From a virus (lineage: Duplodnaviria; Heunggongvirae; Uroviricota; Caudoviricetes): DNA of 64,000 nucleotides. This document shows, piece after piece, positions 34,250 to 44,872 of the stretch (the first letter of the stretch is position 1; every line of letters starts with the position of its first letter). The position numbers were made by a program, and so were the translations under genes. A model generated the notes under the pieces. That model made no database searches. It saw only the letters and a program-made list of their open reading frames with translations, and was not told the origin of the DNA. The stretch is taken from IMG/VR virus record IMGVR_UViG_3300009784_000001, positions 246,418-310,417 of that record, one strand, 5' to 3'.

Positions 34250-34275
34250 AGGTATATTATATTTAATTATAAATA

Positions 34276-34307
34276 TTTGTTTTAATGAATATTTATATGT
34301 ACTTTTG
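34276..34307 (+). promoter_or_regulatory. Bacteroidota-type promoter for the sbcCD region
   Basis: TTTG-N20-TACTTTTG. Confidence 0.7.
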
Positions 34308-34331
34308 TAAAAAGTATAAAATTTTTTTTCT

Positions 34332-36746
34332 ATGTTAGAAATACCAAGAAGTGCGAAAATTAATATAAGTTGGGAAGCGCATAATTTTAATTGGAGCCGT
34401 GATAATGAATTGACAATAAAAAATCAATTTAGTAAAAAATATAATATTCCTAAAAATCACATTAAAGTAACACCACATTTTATTAATGTGGATGAAAATG
34501 GAAAAAGTGTTTCTGTTAAATCTGAAGTTATAGATAATATTCAATCGCCTGCTTTTCAACAACATTTATTTGAAGAATATATTAAAATGAATGGAATAGA
34601 GAATATTGATTTTAATAAGATTGTAGAAATAGATAATGAAATTAATACTAATATTGATTATGATGTTTATGATAAGTTTGGAAAAATTGTTATTAAAAAG
34701 ATAGAATTTGACAATTTTTTATCTTATGGGAAGGGAAATGTAATTGATTTTACTAAATTAAATGGCTTAATATTAGTAAAAGGAGAACCAGTAAATAAAA
34801 CAGGAAAAACAACTGCAATGATTGAAGTTGTTAAATTTGCTTTATATGGCTCTTATACAAAAGCCAAAACATTAGATGATTTATTTAATTTATATTTACC
34901 AAATGAAACTGAAATACTTGTTAGATGTTATTTATCAATAGATGGTGAAGATTTTGTTATTGAAAGAAGAGTAACACGTCCTAAAAAGAGAACAGAAAAA
35001 TCAAAAGCATCTTCATCAGTTAAATATTATAGGATTATTGATGGTATATGGGATATAAATGAGCCATTGGAAGAATATGATGAGAATATTGTTAAAAATG
35101 AAAGTGATAATGTAATAAACACAAATAAAAAAATAAAGGAGTGTTTACCAAAAGAAACTGATTTTGATCTAGTTATTTTTGCAAATAGTGAAAATTTATC
35201 TTCTTTGATTAATGTTGGCTCAACAGAAAAAGGTCGTCTTTTTAGTAGATGGACAGGACTTTTACCTTTAGAAAATAAGGAGAATTTAGCAAAAGATAAA
35301 TGGTTAAAAGAAATTAATCCAAAACTATTATCTAATCAATATAATACTGAACAATTACAACAAGATAATATTGATTTGAAAGTTAATATTGAAACTTCTA
35401 CTGAATCTATTGAAAATTATAATAATAATCTTGAAGCAAGTAAAAAAGTAATTGATGAATATGAAATAGAAAAATCTAATATTTTAACAACAAAAAACAA
35501 AATTGATGATAATTTATTGAAGTTGGATATTCAAACAGTTGAAACTAAAAAAAATAATTTAATAACAGAAGGGAAAAATTTAAGAGGAAAAGAAGAAATA
35601 TATCTAAAAGATATAGATTTATTAAAAAATTATTTAAATAATGATAAAGATAAAACTCTTCTTTCTTCTAATAGGATAAAAATTAATACTTTGACTGGCG
35701 AAATTGCTACTATTAAAGCCAATATAAATAATCTAAAAGGTCAAAATCAAAGTTTAGAAGGCAGTAAAAAATGTCCTACTTGTGGAAGAGAATATGATAA
35801 AGAAACTATATCTAAAATAGAAGAAAATATTAATATAAATAAAGAGAAAACAAATTCTTTAATAAAAGAAGGTACGATTAAAAATGAACTTAAAATAAAA
35901 TTAGAAGAAGAAAATGTTGAAATAGAAGAAAAGATAAAAAAAGCAGATGAAAAAACAAAATTAGAACTTAAATTAGCACAAGTAAGAGTTGATATTGCTA
36001 ATACAACAAGTCAATATAAAGAAACTATTCAATTGATTAAGGATTATGAAAAGAATAAAGAAGATATTGATAAAAATAATAAAATAGATATTAATATCAA
36101 TAATTTAAATGCTAAAATAAAGATTGAACAGAATGTAAGAGATAGTATCATTAAATCAATTTCACAGGAAGAAAAGAATATTGAAACTTGGAAAAAAGAT
36201 ATTCAAAATAAAGAAGATATAATTAAGAAATTATTTATTGAAGTAAATTATGTAAGGCATTATAAATTATATCTTGAATTGGTGGGTAAAAATGGTATTA
36301 AAAAGATAATATTAAGAAAAGTATTACCAATTATTAATGCTGAAATAAATAATTTAATATCTGACCTTGATGATTTTAATATTGAGATTATAATGAATGA
36401 TAAAAATGATATAATTTTTAATATTATCAAATATGATGAAGAAGGAAATTCAGTTAAAACTAATCTTGTGGCTTCTTCTGGATATGAATCAACTTTGTCA
36501 GGAATAGCATTGCGTTCAGTGTTATCTAAATTTTCAACTATATCAGTTCCCAATTATTGTCTTTTTGATGAGGTGGTTGCAAGAACAGGAGAAACAAATT
36601 ATGAAATATTATATAAGTTGTTGGAGAGAGTAAGTCAAAGTTATCAATTTATATTTGTTATATCTCATAGTGAGGTATTTAATCAATTATTTGATAAGAA
36701 AATAACGATTATTAAGGAAAATAATATTAGTAAAATTAAATTATAA
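34332..36746 (+). CDS. SbcC/Rad50/gp46-like recombination ATPase
   Basis: NFLSYG, G...NKTGKT, coiled coil with CPTC hook, SSGYE signature, LFDE, ISH. Confidence 0.92.
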   Translation: MLEIPRSAKINISWEAHNFNWSRDNELTIKNQFSKKYNIPKNHIKVTPHFINVDENGKSVSVKSEVIDNIQSPAFQQHLFEEYIKMNGIENIDFNKIVEIDNEINTNIDYDVYDKFGKIVIKKIEFDNFLSYGKGNVIDFTKLNGLILVKGEPVNKTGKTTAMIEVVKFALYGSYTKAKTLDDLFNLYLPNETEILVRCYLSIDGEDFVIERRVTRPKKRTEKSKASSSVKYYRIIDGIWDINEPLEEYDENIVKNESDNVINTNKKIKECLPKETDFDLVIFANSENLSSLINVGSTEKGRLFSRWTGLLPLENKENLAKDKWLKEINPKLLSNQYNTEQLQQDNIDLKVNIETSTESIENYNNNLEASKKVIDEYEIEKSNILTTKNKIDDNLLKLDIQTVETKKNNLITEGKNLRGKEEIYLKDIDLLKNYLNNDKDKTLLSSNRIKINTLTGEIATIKANINNLKGQNQSLEGSKKCPTCGREYDKETISKIEENININKEKTNSLIKEGTIKNELKIKLEEENVEIEEKIKKADEKTKLELKLAQVRVDIANTTSQYKETIQLIKDYEKNKEDIDKNNKIDININNLNAKIKIEQNVRDSIIKSISQEEKNIETWKKDIQNKEDIIKKLFIEVNYVRHYKLYLELVGKNGIKKIILRKVLPIINAEINNLISDLDDFNIEIIMNDKNDIIFNIIKYDEEGNSVKTNLVASSGYESTLSGIALRSVLSKFSTISVPNYCLFDEVVARTGETNYEILYKLLERVSQSYQFIFVISHSEVFNQLFDKKITIIKENNISKIKL

Positions 36747-37006
36747 TGAAATACTTAGTAGGTTTGTTGGTTGGTGGTTTAATGGAAGACCCACAGTTAT
36801 GTTTTAATCCCCCTTATGATATAATTGAAGGGGATAATAGAGAAGAATGTTTGAGTATATATAATAAAAAACATAACTGTTTTTATTTCTATGGTAGTAT
36901 TATGTGCAGTTTACATGAAGATGGGATAATAGGAATGATTTCTAAATATTGTAGTGAAGATGAAATAGATAAAATTTTGTTAAATAATATTGCAATTGAT
37001 ATATAA
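36746..37006 (+). CDS. Hypothetical protein
   Basis: Overlapping start/stop, sits between sbcC and sbcD. Confidence 0.6.
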   Translation: MKYLVGLLVGGLMEDPQLCFNPPYDIIEGDNREECLSIYNKKHNCFYFYGSIMCSLHEDGIIGMISKYCSEDEIDKILLNNIAIDI

Positions 37007-37008
37007 AA

Positions 37009-37833
37009 ATGGTTAAATATTTAATACATTGTGCTGACATTCATGTTAAGAGTTTACAAAAACATCAAGAATACAAAGAGGTTTTAACTAATTTTATTAA
37101 TCAAATAAAACCATTTCTTGAGAAACATAGAGAAGAAACAAGAATAATTTTAGCAGGAGATATTTTTGATAATTTTCTCACTATAACAAATGAAATGGAA
37201 ATATTTGGTGCATGGTTTTTGAAAGAATTGGATAATCTTGGCACAACTATTGTAATAGCTGGAAATCATGATTTAGTAAGAAACAATATGGAAAGAGTAG
37301 ATAGTATAACTCCTTTCTTTCATCTAGTTGATTTCAAAAATACATCATATATGGATATGATAACAGGTTATAAATCTGGTTGTATTGAAGATGAAGGTGT
37401 TATTTGGTGTTTATATTCTATTTTTGATAATTATTCAAGACCTGATATAGAAAAAATTAAAGAAGAAAATCCTGACAAGATATTTATAGGTTTATTTCAT
37501 GGTCCAATTATTGGAAGTAAAAATGAAATAGGATTTACAATGTCAAAAGGGATAAATTCTGATATTTTCAAAAATTTGCATTTCGTATGTATGGGGGATA
37601 TTCATCAAAAACAATTATTAACAAGTAAGGATGGAGTTAAAATGTATTATCCTGGATCTTTAATCCAGAAGACATTTGGGGAGTCTATTAACAATCATGG
37701 CTATTCAATTATAACATTATCTGATTTTAAAATTGAACATAAGGAGGTGATTAATCCTTACAATTTCTATAATTTCAGAATTGAAAATGTAGATGATATT
37801 ATGAATGATAAAGAAATTTTAATTAATAAATAA
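37009..37833 (+). CDS. SbcD/Mre11/gp47-like metallophosphoesterase nuclease
   Basis: ADIH, AGDIFD, GNHD, MGDIH, YPGS. Confidence 0.92.
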   Translation: MVKYLIHCADIHVKSLQKHQEYKEVLTNFINQIKPFLEKHREETRIILAGDIFDNFLTITNEMEIFGAWFLKELDNLGTTIVIAGNHDLVRNNMERVDSITPFFHLVDFKNTSYMDMITGYKSGCIEDEGVIWCLYSIFDNYSRPDIEKIKEENPDKIFIGLFHGPIIGSKNEIGFTMSKGINSDIFKNLHFVCMGDIHQKQLLTSKDGVKMYYPGSLIQKTFGESINNHGYSIITLSDFKIEHKEVINPYNFYNFRIENVDDIMNDKEILINK

Positions 37834-37834
37834 G

Positions 37835-38821
37835 ATGGAGATAAGAACACAAATTTTATTAAAAGAAGAATATGAATATCTAATAAATGAGGAATTATCG
37901 GTATCAGAACATGTTATTAGTGTAACCCAAGAAATAGAAAAACATTTAAAAAATCATTGGTATTTAGATTTTCATTTAAATAATTTTGATTTTGTGGGTA
38001 AGCTAGAAATAGAAATAAATAGAGTTAAAAGTGATGGTGGCGGTTCTTCCTCTATATTGGATTCAACAAATGTCTCATTAGATAATAATGGTTTAATAAT
38101 TGGTTGTAAGTTAAATATAAATGTTTCTATTAGTGAAAATAATGAAAGTGATATAGATTATTTATATGCTTCAATATTTCATGAAATAGAACATTTATTT
38201 CAAATATATCAAAAATTAAAAAATGATAAATATACCCAGCCGAAATCTTCTTTTTCTTCAAAAGAATATAAAAACAAATATTCTTTATATGATTTAGCCC
38301 AATTAACATTACAGAATGGCGATATAGAAAATATTTATATATCCTTATTATCTTGGTTATTTTATTTAAATGAATATGAACAGGATGCTACTGCTTCAGA
38401 ATTATATAATATAATGTTAAAAAAAGATTATCGTTCTGATTTTGAATTTGATATGTTTTATAAACAGTCACAAACTTATAAAAAATTGTTAAAATTAAAA
38501 GATGCTTATAAATTATTTAATAATATTAATCAAAATGATTTGGGGTACAAAGAAATGATACAATGGTTATATCAAAATAATGTAACTTTTAATTTACAAA
38601 GAACACAACAATTAATTGATTATAATATTAAAAGATTTGAAAGTAAAATTGGTAAAGTTTTGACAAAAATTAAATTAGATAAAGGAATGATGGGCGAATC
38701 TGATAGAGGTAAAATGATAGAAACTAATATTAGGATTTATTCAGATAAAGAAATAGAACAGCAAAAAAGAAGTCATGATTTAATGAAAAAGTTAATAAGA
38801 GAAGAATATAACACTTACTAA
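37835..38821 (+). CDS. HExxH (zincin-like) protein, possible internal head protein
   Basis: FHEIEH plus distal EQDA; leader with LKE/INE. Confidence 0.55.
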   Translation: MEIRTQILLKEEYEYLINEELSVSEHVISVTQEIEKHLKNHWYLDFHLNNFDFVGKLEIEINRVKSDGGGSSSILDSTNVSLDNNGLIIGCKLNINVSISENNESDIDYLYASIFHEIEHLFQIYQKLKNDKYTQPKSSFSSKEYKNKYSLYDLAQLTLQNGDIENIYISLLSWLFYLNEYEQDATASELYNIMLKKDYRSDFEFDMFYKQSQTYKKLLKLKDAYKLFNNINQNDLGYKEMIQWLYQNNVTFNLQRTQQLIDYNIKRFESKIGKVLTKIKLDKGMMGESDRGKMIETNIRIYSDKEIEQQKRSHDLMKKLIREEYNTY

Positions 38822-38847
38822 AAGAATAAAGTATTAATTTTTAACAA

Positions 38848-39537
38848 ATGATTATAAATGAATATGATGAAAGTACAAAAACATATTTTAACAAAATTAA
38901 AGAGTTTAAACCCCTAACTTTGAAAGAAGAAAAAAAACTTTTTAAATCTTATAAAAAGGGGAATTTAAAAAGTAGAGAAACATTGATAAATAGCAATTTA
39001 AAATTTGTTGTACATGTAGCAAAAAATTATAGAGATAGAGGCGTACCATTTTCGGATTTAATTTCAGAAGGAAATTATGGATTATTAAAATCTTTTGAGA
39101 AATTTGATTCTAAAAGAGATAATAAGCTGTCATCTTATGCTGTTCATTGGATTAGATTTTTTATTGAAGATAAAATAAGGCGAGATAATAATTTAAATCA
39201 ATATCCAATAGAAACTTCAATATTAAATTCATTTGAAAATGACGAAGAGATAAATTTAGAAAAAAAAGATTTTGATATAATTGATGAACAAATTGATTAT
39301 GAAAAACAAAATTATTATAAAACTATTATTGATAATTTATTAATAAAAATATTGAATGATAGGGAAAGTGAAATATTAAAGTATTCTTTTGGATTAGATG
39401 ATTTCCCAATATTAAATTTGAAAGAAATATCAGTTAAATTAAATATTTCACAGGAAAGAGTTAGACAGATAAAAGATAAAGCATTAATGAAATTAAGAGC
39501 TAAATGTTTGGAAAATAATATTGAATTAAATTTATGA
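38848..39537 (+). CDS. Phage sigma-70 family RNA polymerase sigma factor
   Basis: NLKFVVHVAKNY, DLISEGNYGL, SSYAVHWIR, region 4 SQERVRQIKDKALMKLR. Confidence 0.95.
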   Translation: MIINEYDESTKTYFNKIKEFKPLTLKEEKKLFKSYKKGNLKSRETLINSNLKFVVHVAKNYRDRGVPFSDLISEGNYGLLKSFEKFDSKRDNKLSSYAVHWIRFFIEDKIRRDNNLNQYPIETSILNSFENDEEINLEKKDFDIIDEQIDYEKQNYYKTIIDNLLIKILNDRESEILKYSFGLDDFPILNLKEISVKLNISQERVRQIKDKALMKLRAKCLENNIELNL

Positions 39538-39543
39538 AAAAAA

Positions 39544-39852
39544 ATGAATAAAGTTAAAGAATTTTTAGAAAATTATATGATACACATACTTTGTGTCTTG
39601 TTTTTGTTGATTGTGTGGAACAATTGTTCTCAAAGTAAAACTAATGGTAAATTAGTTAAGCAAAATAATGAATTAATATTACAATTAGATAGTATTAGAA
39701 ATACACTTGTAACAAAAGATCATTTATCTAAACAATTACAAATTGAGGGTTTAAGAACAGAAAAACGTATGATACAATCTACTGATAGAAAAATGATGGA
39801 TTTAAATAGACAAACGGAAATAGATAGTGAACTTAAAAAATTAGGGAATTAA
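39544..39852 (+). CDS. Membrane-anchored / lipoprotein-like coiled-coil protein
   Basis: Hydrophobic N-terminus then NNC. Confidence 0.55.
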   Translation: MNKVKEFLENYMIHILCVLFLLIVWNNCSQSKTNGKLVKQNNELILQLDSIRNTLVTKDHLSKQLQIEGLRTEKRMIQSTDRKMMDLNRQTEIDSELKKLGN

Positions 39853-39881
39853 AAAAGAGAGAATAATAATATTTATGTTTT

Positions 39882-40730
39882 ATGAGAAAGATATTAAACT
39901 GGATAAATAAAAATAGAGAAACATTATTAAAATCTTGTTATTCACTACCTATATTATTCGCTATTTTTATTTCTATTAATCACTGTATAAGATGGTTTGA
40001 GATTGCTAATCCTAATAGTTTTGCTATATTATTAAGTGTAGGAGTTGAAGTAGCAGCTTTTTCAACATTATTAGCATTAATATTTTCTAAGGGTAAATCT
40101 TTTAATATATGGCTTACATTTTTTATTGTAACTTTTGTTCAGATATTAGGGAATGTTTTTTATTCTTTCAATTTTATAGATGAAACTGGGCAATTATTTC
40201 AAACTTGGCAAAAATTTGTAAAAATAATATTTGATGAAGCATGGGACATTGATAAATCAAAATTTTGGTTATCTGTATTAGAAGGAAGTATTGTACCTTT
40301 GTTATCATTACTGTCATTAGATTTAATTGCTAATTTTGAAATGAAAGATAAAAAAAAAGATGATAGCAAGATGAAAGTATTAACTACTACTGAAGAAATT
40401 AAACCAACAGTAGAAGAAATATATCATAGACCTGGAACAGCAGTTCTTGATAAAGTAGAAGAAATATTAAAAAATGAAGAACCAATAATTGAAGAAAATA
40501 GTGATGAAGAAGAAATGGAAGAAGAAAAAGTAAATGAAATAGAAAAAAAAGAAGAAGTTATAACTCCTGAAATTGTTAAAGTTGTTCCAGAAGAAGATGT
40601 TAAACAAATAAAAAAGGAAGAATTAACCAAAAAAAATGTAAATAAAGCTGGACCTTTAGCTGAAGGTATTCCACCAAAACAACAAAGTGGCATAATTCCA
40701 AAAATAAAAATTACAAATAAAAAAAGCTAA
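39882..40730 (+). CDS. Multi-TM membrane protein with acidic tail
   Basis: About four TM segments. Confidence 0.65.
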   Translation: MRKILNWINKNRETLLKSCYSLPILFAIFISINHCIRWFEIANPNSFAILLSVGVEVAAFSTLLALIFSKGKSFNIWLTFFIVTFVQILGNVFYSFNFIDETGQLFQTWQKFVKIIFDEAWDIDKSKFWLSVLEGSIVPLLSLLSLDLIANFEMKDKKKDDSKMKVLTTTEEIKPTVEEIYHRPGTAVLDKVEEILKNEEPIIEENSDEEEMEEEKVNEIEKKEEVITPEIVKVVPEEDVKQIKKEELTKKNVNKAGPLAEGIPPKQQSGIIPKIKITNKKS

Positions 40731-40741
40731 AATGTAATGAT

Positions 40742-41194
40742 ATGATAAAGATATTAACAGAAGATTTGGCAACTAGGAAAATGTTGGACAAAATTTTTAA
40801 ATTAAATGAAGAAGATTTATCAATGGATAGTAATACTACACAGAGTGATGAAGTTCCTATTAATGATAGTACTTTCCCAAATATACTATCAAATATAAAA
40901 GAAACTTTAAGTCAAAAATTACCTAATGTAACTTTTGATGAAAATCCATTTGTTCTTAATAAAAAAAATAATACTGTTACATTGAAAGGAAAAATACAAA
41001 ATTTAAATTTAAATTTTATTATGACAACTGATACTTCCAATGGTGGAGATGGACTTTATATATCAACACAATCATTGAATTTGAATGATAAAACACTTCA
41101 AACATTGAATGTATTATATGGTCATTCACAAATATTCCAATCTGAATGGACAATAAACGAAGTAGAAAAGAAATTAAATCCCAAGAATCTTTAA
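40742..41194 (+). CDS. Hypothetical protein (LTE/LNE leader)
   Basis: ORF track. Confidence 0.6.
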   Translation: MIKILTEDLATRKMLDKIFKLNEEDLSMDSNTTQSDEVPINDSTFPNILSNIKETLSQKLPNVTFDENPFVLNKKNNTVTLKGKIQNLNLNFIMTTDTSNGGDGLYISTQSLNLNDKTLQTLNVLYGHSQIFQSEWTINEVEKKLNPKNL

Positions 41195-41196
41195 TA

Positions 41197-41907
41197 GTGA
41201 GAAAATTAACAAAGGAAGAATTTATAGAAAAAGCTAAATTAGTACATGGCAATAAATATGATTATAGTAAAGTAAATTATATAAATAATTCAACAAAAGT
41301 CTGTATAATATGTCCAGAACATGGAGAATTTTGGCAATTACCAAACAGTCATCTTCTCAGTTTTGGATGTTCTAAATGTACTAATAATTATAATTATACA
41401 ACAGAAGAATGGATAGAGAAAGCAAAAAAGGTTCATAGAAATAAGTATGATTATTCCAAAGTTAATTATCTAAACAATTATACAAAAGTGTGTATAATAT
41501 GTTCTCTCCATAGCGAATTTTGGCAAACTCCTGATAATCATTTAGGAGGAAATAATTGCCCTAAATGTATGAATAAAAGTAACCTAGAGGTAAAAGTATC
41601 CACATTTTTGGATGATAAAGTAAAGGTTTTAAAAAATTATAGAGGATTTAAATGGTTAAGATATAAAAAGCCATTAGAATTAGATTTCTACCTTCCAGAT
41701 TATAATATTGCTATTGAATGTCAAGGAAGACAGCATTTCTATTCAAAAGGTACATTTTTTGAAAACAATAATCAAGAATATAAAAATGTAAAAGAAAGAG
41801 ATAGAATTAAGAAGGAATTATGTGAAAAGAATAATCTTCCCTTATATTATATAAATTATAATGATGATGTGGAGGAAAAATTAAATGAGATATTGAAATT
41901 GAGTTGA
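41197..41907 (+). CDS. Free-standing CPEHGEF-repeat PD-(D/E)XK endonuclease (GTG start at 41197 likely)
   Basis: Paralogue of 33326-34249, which begins MKKLTTEEFIEKAK. Confidence 0.85.
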   Translation: MRKLTKEEFIEKAKLVHGNKYDYSKVNYINNSTKVCIICPEHGEFWQLPNSHLLSFGCSKCTNNYNYTTEEWIEKAKKVHRNKYDYSKVNYLNNYTKVCIICSLHSEFWQTPDNHLGGNNCPKCMNKSNLEVKVSTFLDDKVKVLKNYRGFKWLRYKKPLELDFYLPDYNIAIECQGRQHFYSKGTFFENNNQEYKNVKERDRIKKELCEKNNLPLYYINYNDDVEEKLNEILKLS

Positions 41908-41931
41908 TCTCTCATTTGAGAGAAACAAATC

Positions 41932-41975
41932 AAAGAACGCAAGCTATAGATGCTATGCGTTTTTTGTTTTAAAGA
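41932..41975 (+). terminator. Probable intrinsic terminator
   Basis: AAGAACGCA..TGCGTTTTT hairpin plus T run. Confidence 0.55.
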
Positions 41976-41998
41976 TATTTATAACAAAGTATTTAATA

Positions 41999-42160
41999 AT
42001 GACTAACAAAGAAAAGAAAGAAACTGAAGAATGGTTAGATAAACAGTTGAAGTCAAAAGAATTTGAAAAAATTGTTAAAAGAATAATAGGAGATGCTTTT
42101 ATAGAATATTCTAAATTACAATATGACAATCGTTATTTTATAAAAAATAGATTTAAATGA
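41999..42160 (+). CDS. 53-aa protein not in the ORF track (MTNKEKKETEEWLDKQLKS...)
   Basis: Translated by hand; follows TATTTATA; stop overlaps the next ATG. Confidence 0.65.
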   Translation: MTNKEKKETEEWLDKQLKSKEFEKIVKRIIGDAFIEYSKLQYDNRYFIKNRFK

Positions 42161-44631
42161 AATTAATGCAAGATAATATATATGAAACAATATATTCAAT
42201 AGTTTCAGATAAACTTTTATTGGAAGCTACTGCACAAGAAATACATCAAAAAGATGAAGTTTTTGGTAAGTCAATGTTTGAAAACAAAATTAATAATAAA
42301 AAGTTATTAAATGAGAAATTGGGTGTTTCTTCTGAAGTACAAAATACAGCAAAAAAAGTTGCTGATGAAATATGGAAAAAAAGAAATGAATCTCATTCAG
42401 CATTTATGCTGCAAGATATTGATTTTATAGGTAAATTATGGGTTAATTCATATTTAACAAAAGATAAAAATGAAGTTAATGCTGACATTAATCATATTCG
42501 TTTTCCTGGTGTTTATAATGATAGATTATATGATTTTACATATAAAGAAGATACTTCAATAGAAGATTATATTAATAGAGGAATGTCTGCAATATCTTTA
42601 AATGTTTATTTTTTCTCAAATGATTATAATAGTTTGTTAGATATAATAACCCATGAAGTTAATCATATTTATGATTTTTATATAAAAGGTAAGAATAATA
42701 AAGAAGTCCCATTTACAAGGTTAGATGTAAATGCAAGAAATGCAGAAGATTCAGGCAATCCAGAGGCAAGAAAGGTGGGAGCGTTAATATATTATGGTAG
42801 AGATAGTGAAATACAATCATATACACAACAATCATTTAGTGAAATGAAAAATGGCACCCCATATGATAAAACTGTTTTATATAACATATACAATGATTTG
42901 ATTTATATGCAAAGTAAAATTAATGCTTATGATGATGATGATTGGGAGCAAGTTATGTATTATGTTTTTCCCAATACAAAAATAAAAGGTCATGCTGATT
43001 TAGATTATTTATATAATAATGATTTTTCAGAAAAAGATACTCCTTCTATAGAATATATCAAAAAATATGTTAATAATTTATTAGATAAAACATTGAAAAA
43101 ATATATTAAAAACATAGGTAGATTAAGAGCAAATTTTAATACTAATGAAGAAATAAAAGGTAAAAAAGTAATTATAAAAGAAGAACAAGTTAAATTATTG
43201 AGACAGATTATTAATGAAGATAATAGAGAAGTTACTTATTATGAATTTTTATCACAATTAAAAGCATTTTTGAGAGATCTATTATCTAATCCTGTTACTT
43301 CTCAATTAGATGATTTTTGGAAATTAAGAGGTTTTTCAAAATCAAAACTTATTTTATATTTAATAAAGAAAGGTATTATAGAAAAAGATGAAAAGTTAAA
43401 TGAGGATAATCCAGAAGAAGTTAAAATGGATATATCTTATAAAATACCAAAAAAAAATTTTCAGCGTTCAGTAAAAAGAATGTACCAACGTTTTTTTGAA
43501 AAGAATGATATAGAACAATTGGAAGAAGATGGGGCTACTGGCGCAGGTGCAACTTCTGTTGGGGGAGCGGGGTTAGATGGGTCAAATACACTTTTAACTC
43601 CTGTTTTTCCTGTTCAAAGTCGCCCTATATATAAACCAAAATTACAAGAAGGTTTAAGTTCTATTTTGTATCATTTTACATCGCCAGATAGATTAGTTGA
43701 AATATTACAAAGTAATGAAATGGTAAGTCATCATCATGCAGAAAAACCTTATGATAATTTTTATCGTTTCTCTTTTACAAGAACAAAAAAAGGAGATACT
43801 GGTTATCAAATGAATAATTATGGTGCAAGAATAACATTTGATGGAAATTTGTTATCTACTAAATATAAAGGCGTTCCATATGATTATTACAGTAGTACTG
43901 GAAATGAAGGTTGGGGAAGTAAAGAAAATAGAAGAAAAGAAGATTTAAAATCAATACCATCTGATCTTGTTAATAGAGGAGAAAGTGTACTAGCGAGATA
44001 TACTGAAATGGAAGATATGTTATTATCACCAAAAGATACTATTGATAATATTAGTAAATATATAATAAGGATAGATGTTTTACTTGAAAATGAGAATAAT
44101 TTCAAGAAGTATATAAAGGATTATAAACCAAGATACAAAACAGCAATAAAAGAATTAACAAACACTAATTTTTATAAATCTGGTAAAATGTACTTTTATG
44201 ATAATATGAAGGATTTTAATTTTCAAACTAATAATATTGTTATTAATAGTCAATTAATTTTATATCTTAATGAGGCTTTATCTCCAATAGCTGGTTTACC
44301 AGGAATTAGTATAGATGATGTTAAACTAATTCAAAATAGCCCATTAACAATGGGAATTATTGGAAATACAAAAAGTGAAAAGAGAGATAATTTAATAAAT
44401 AAAATAAATGATAATATTATGAATAATAAAGGATTAAAATTTGCCACCTCAAGTTCACAACCAAAATGTAATCTTGCAAGATTCCCCCAACTTTGGGATG
44501 AATATAAAAGCAATTTAAATTTTTATAATTCAAAAGAAGAGGCTATTAATAATAGAAAGAATAATGATTATGTGTTATATATTGCAAATTCTGATGACTC
44601 TTATAATAATATAGAACATTTTTCAATTTAA
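42157..44631 (+). CDS. Modular 824-aa protein (HExxH domain plus YHFT ART-like domain), putative processed internal head protein
   Basis: ITHEVNH; LYHFTS..FSFTR..EMED; domains bounded by [LI]xE. Confidence 0.55.
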   Translation: MKLMQDNIYETIYSIVSDKLLLEATAQEIHQKDEVFGKSMFENKINNKKLLNEKLGVSSEVQNTAKKVADEIWKKRNESHSAFMLQDIDFIGKLWVNSYLTKDKNEVNADINHIRFPGVYNDRLYDFTYKEDTSIEDYINRGMSAISLNVYFFSNDYNSLLDIITHEVNHIYDFYIKGKNNKEVPFTRLDVNARNAEDSGNPEARKVGALIYYGRDSEIQSYTQQSFSEMKNGTPYDKTVLYNIYNDLIYMQSKINAYDDDDWEQVMYYVFPNTKIKGHADLDYLYNNDFSEKDTPSIEYIKKYVNNLLDKTLKKYIKNIGRLRANFNTNEEIKGKKVIIKEEQVKLLRQIINEDNREVTYYEFLSQLKAFLRDLLSNPVTSQLDDFWKLRGFSKSKLILYLIKKGIIEKDEKLNEDNPEEVKMDISYKIPKKNFQRSVKRMYQRFFEKNDIEQLEEDGATGAGATSVGGAGLDGSNTLLTPVFPVQSRPIYKPKLQEGLSSILYHFTSPDRLVEILQSNEMVSHHHAEKPYDNFYRFSFTRTKKGDTGYQMNNYGARITFDGNLLSTKYKGVPYDYYSSTGNEGWGSKENRRKEDLKSIPSDLVNRGESVLARYTEMEDMLLSPKDTIDNISKYIIRIDVLLENENNFKKYIKDYKPRYKTAIKELTNTNFYKSGKMYFYDNMKDFNFQTNNIVINSQLILYLNEALSPIAGLPGISIDDVKLIQNSPLTMGIIGNTKSEKRDNLINKINDNIMNNKGLKFATSSSQPKCNLARFPQLWDEYKSNLNFYNSKEEAINNRKNNDYVLYIANSDDSYNNIEHFSI

Positions 44632-44661
44632 TACCAAACAATAAACTATTTATAATAAAAA

Positions 44662-44847
44662 ATGGTAAGTAATTTTTATGATATACAGGGTTCTTCTTTA
44701 GATAAACTTTGTAAAGTTAAAGAAGAAATTGATGAGGAATATGAAAAAGAGGAAATTGATAAGAATAAAATAAATAAATTAATGTATCAACAACTTATGG
44801 TAAGTTTACCTTTAACTGTACAAAATAGATATTTAAGACCATATTAA
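44662..44847 (+). CDS. Hypothetical protein
   Basis: ORF track; TATTTATA upstream. Confidence 0.55.
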   Translation: MVSNFYDIQGSSLDKLCKVKEEIDEEYEKEEIDKNKINKLMYQQLMVSLPLTVQNRYLRPY

Positions 44848-44872
44848 ATAAAAAAATGACAATAATATTCAT

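Noticed and set aside
880-44513. Short opposite-strand ORFs inside long genes (880, 1049, 3880, 6011, 7669, 11073, 15950, 20759, 22124, 29829, 31531, 34335, 36260, 40424, 41019, 43887, 44331)
   Set aside because: Antisense shadows with F/I/L/S-biased composition and no expression signals.
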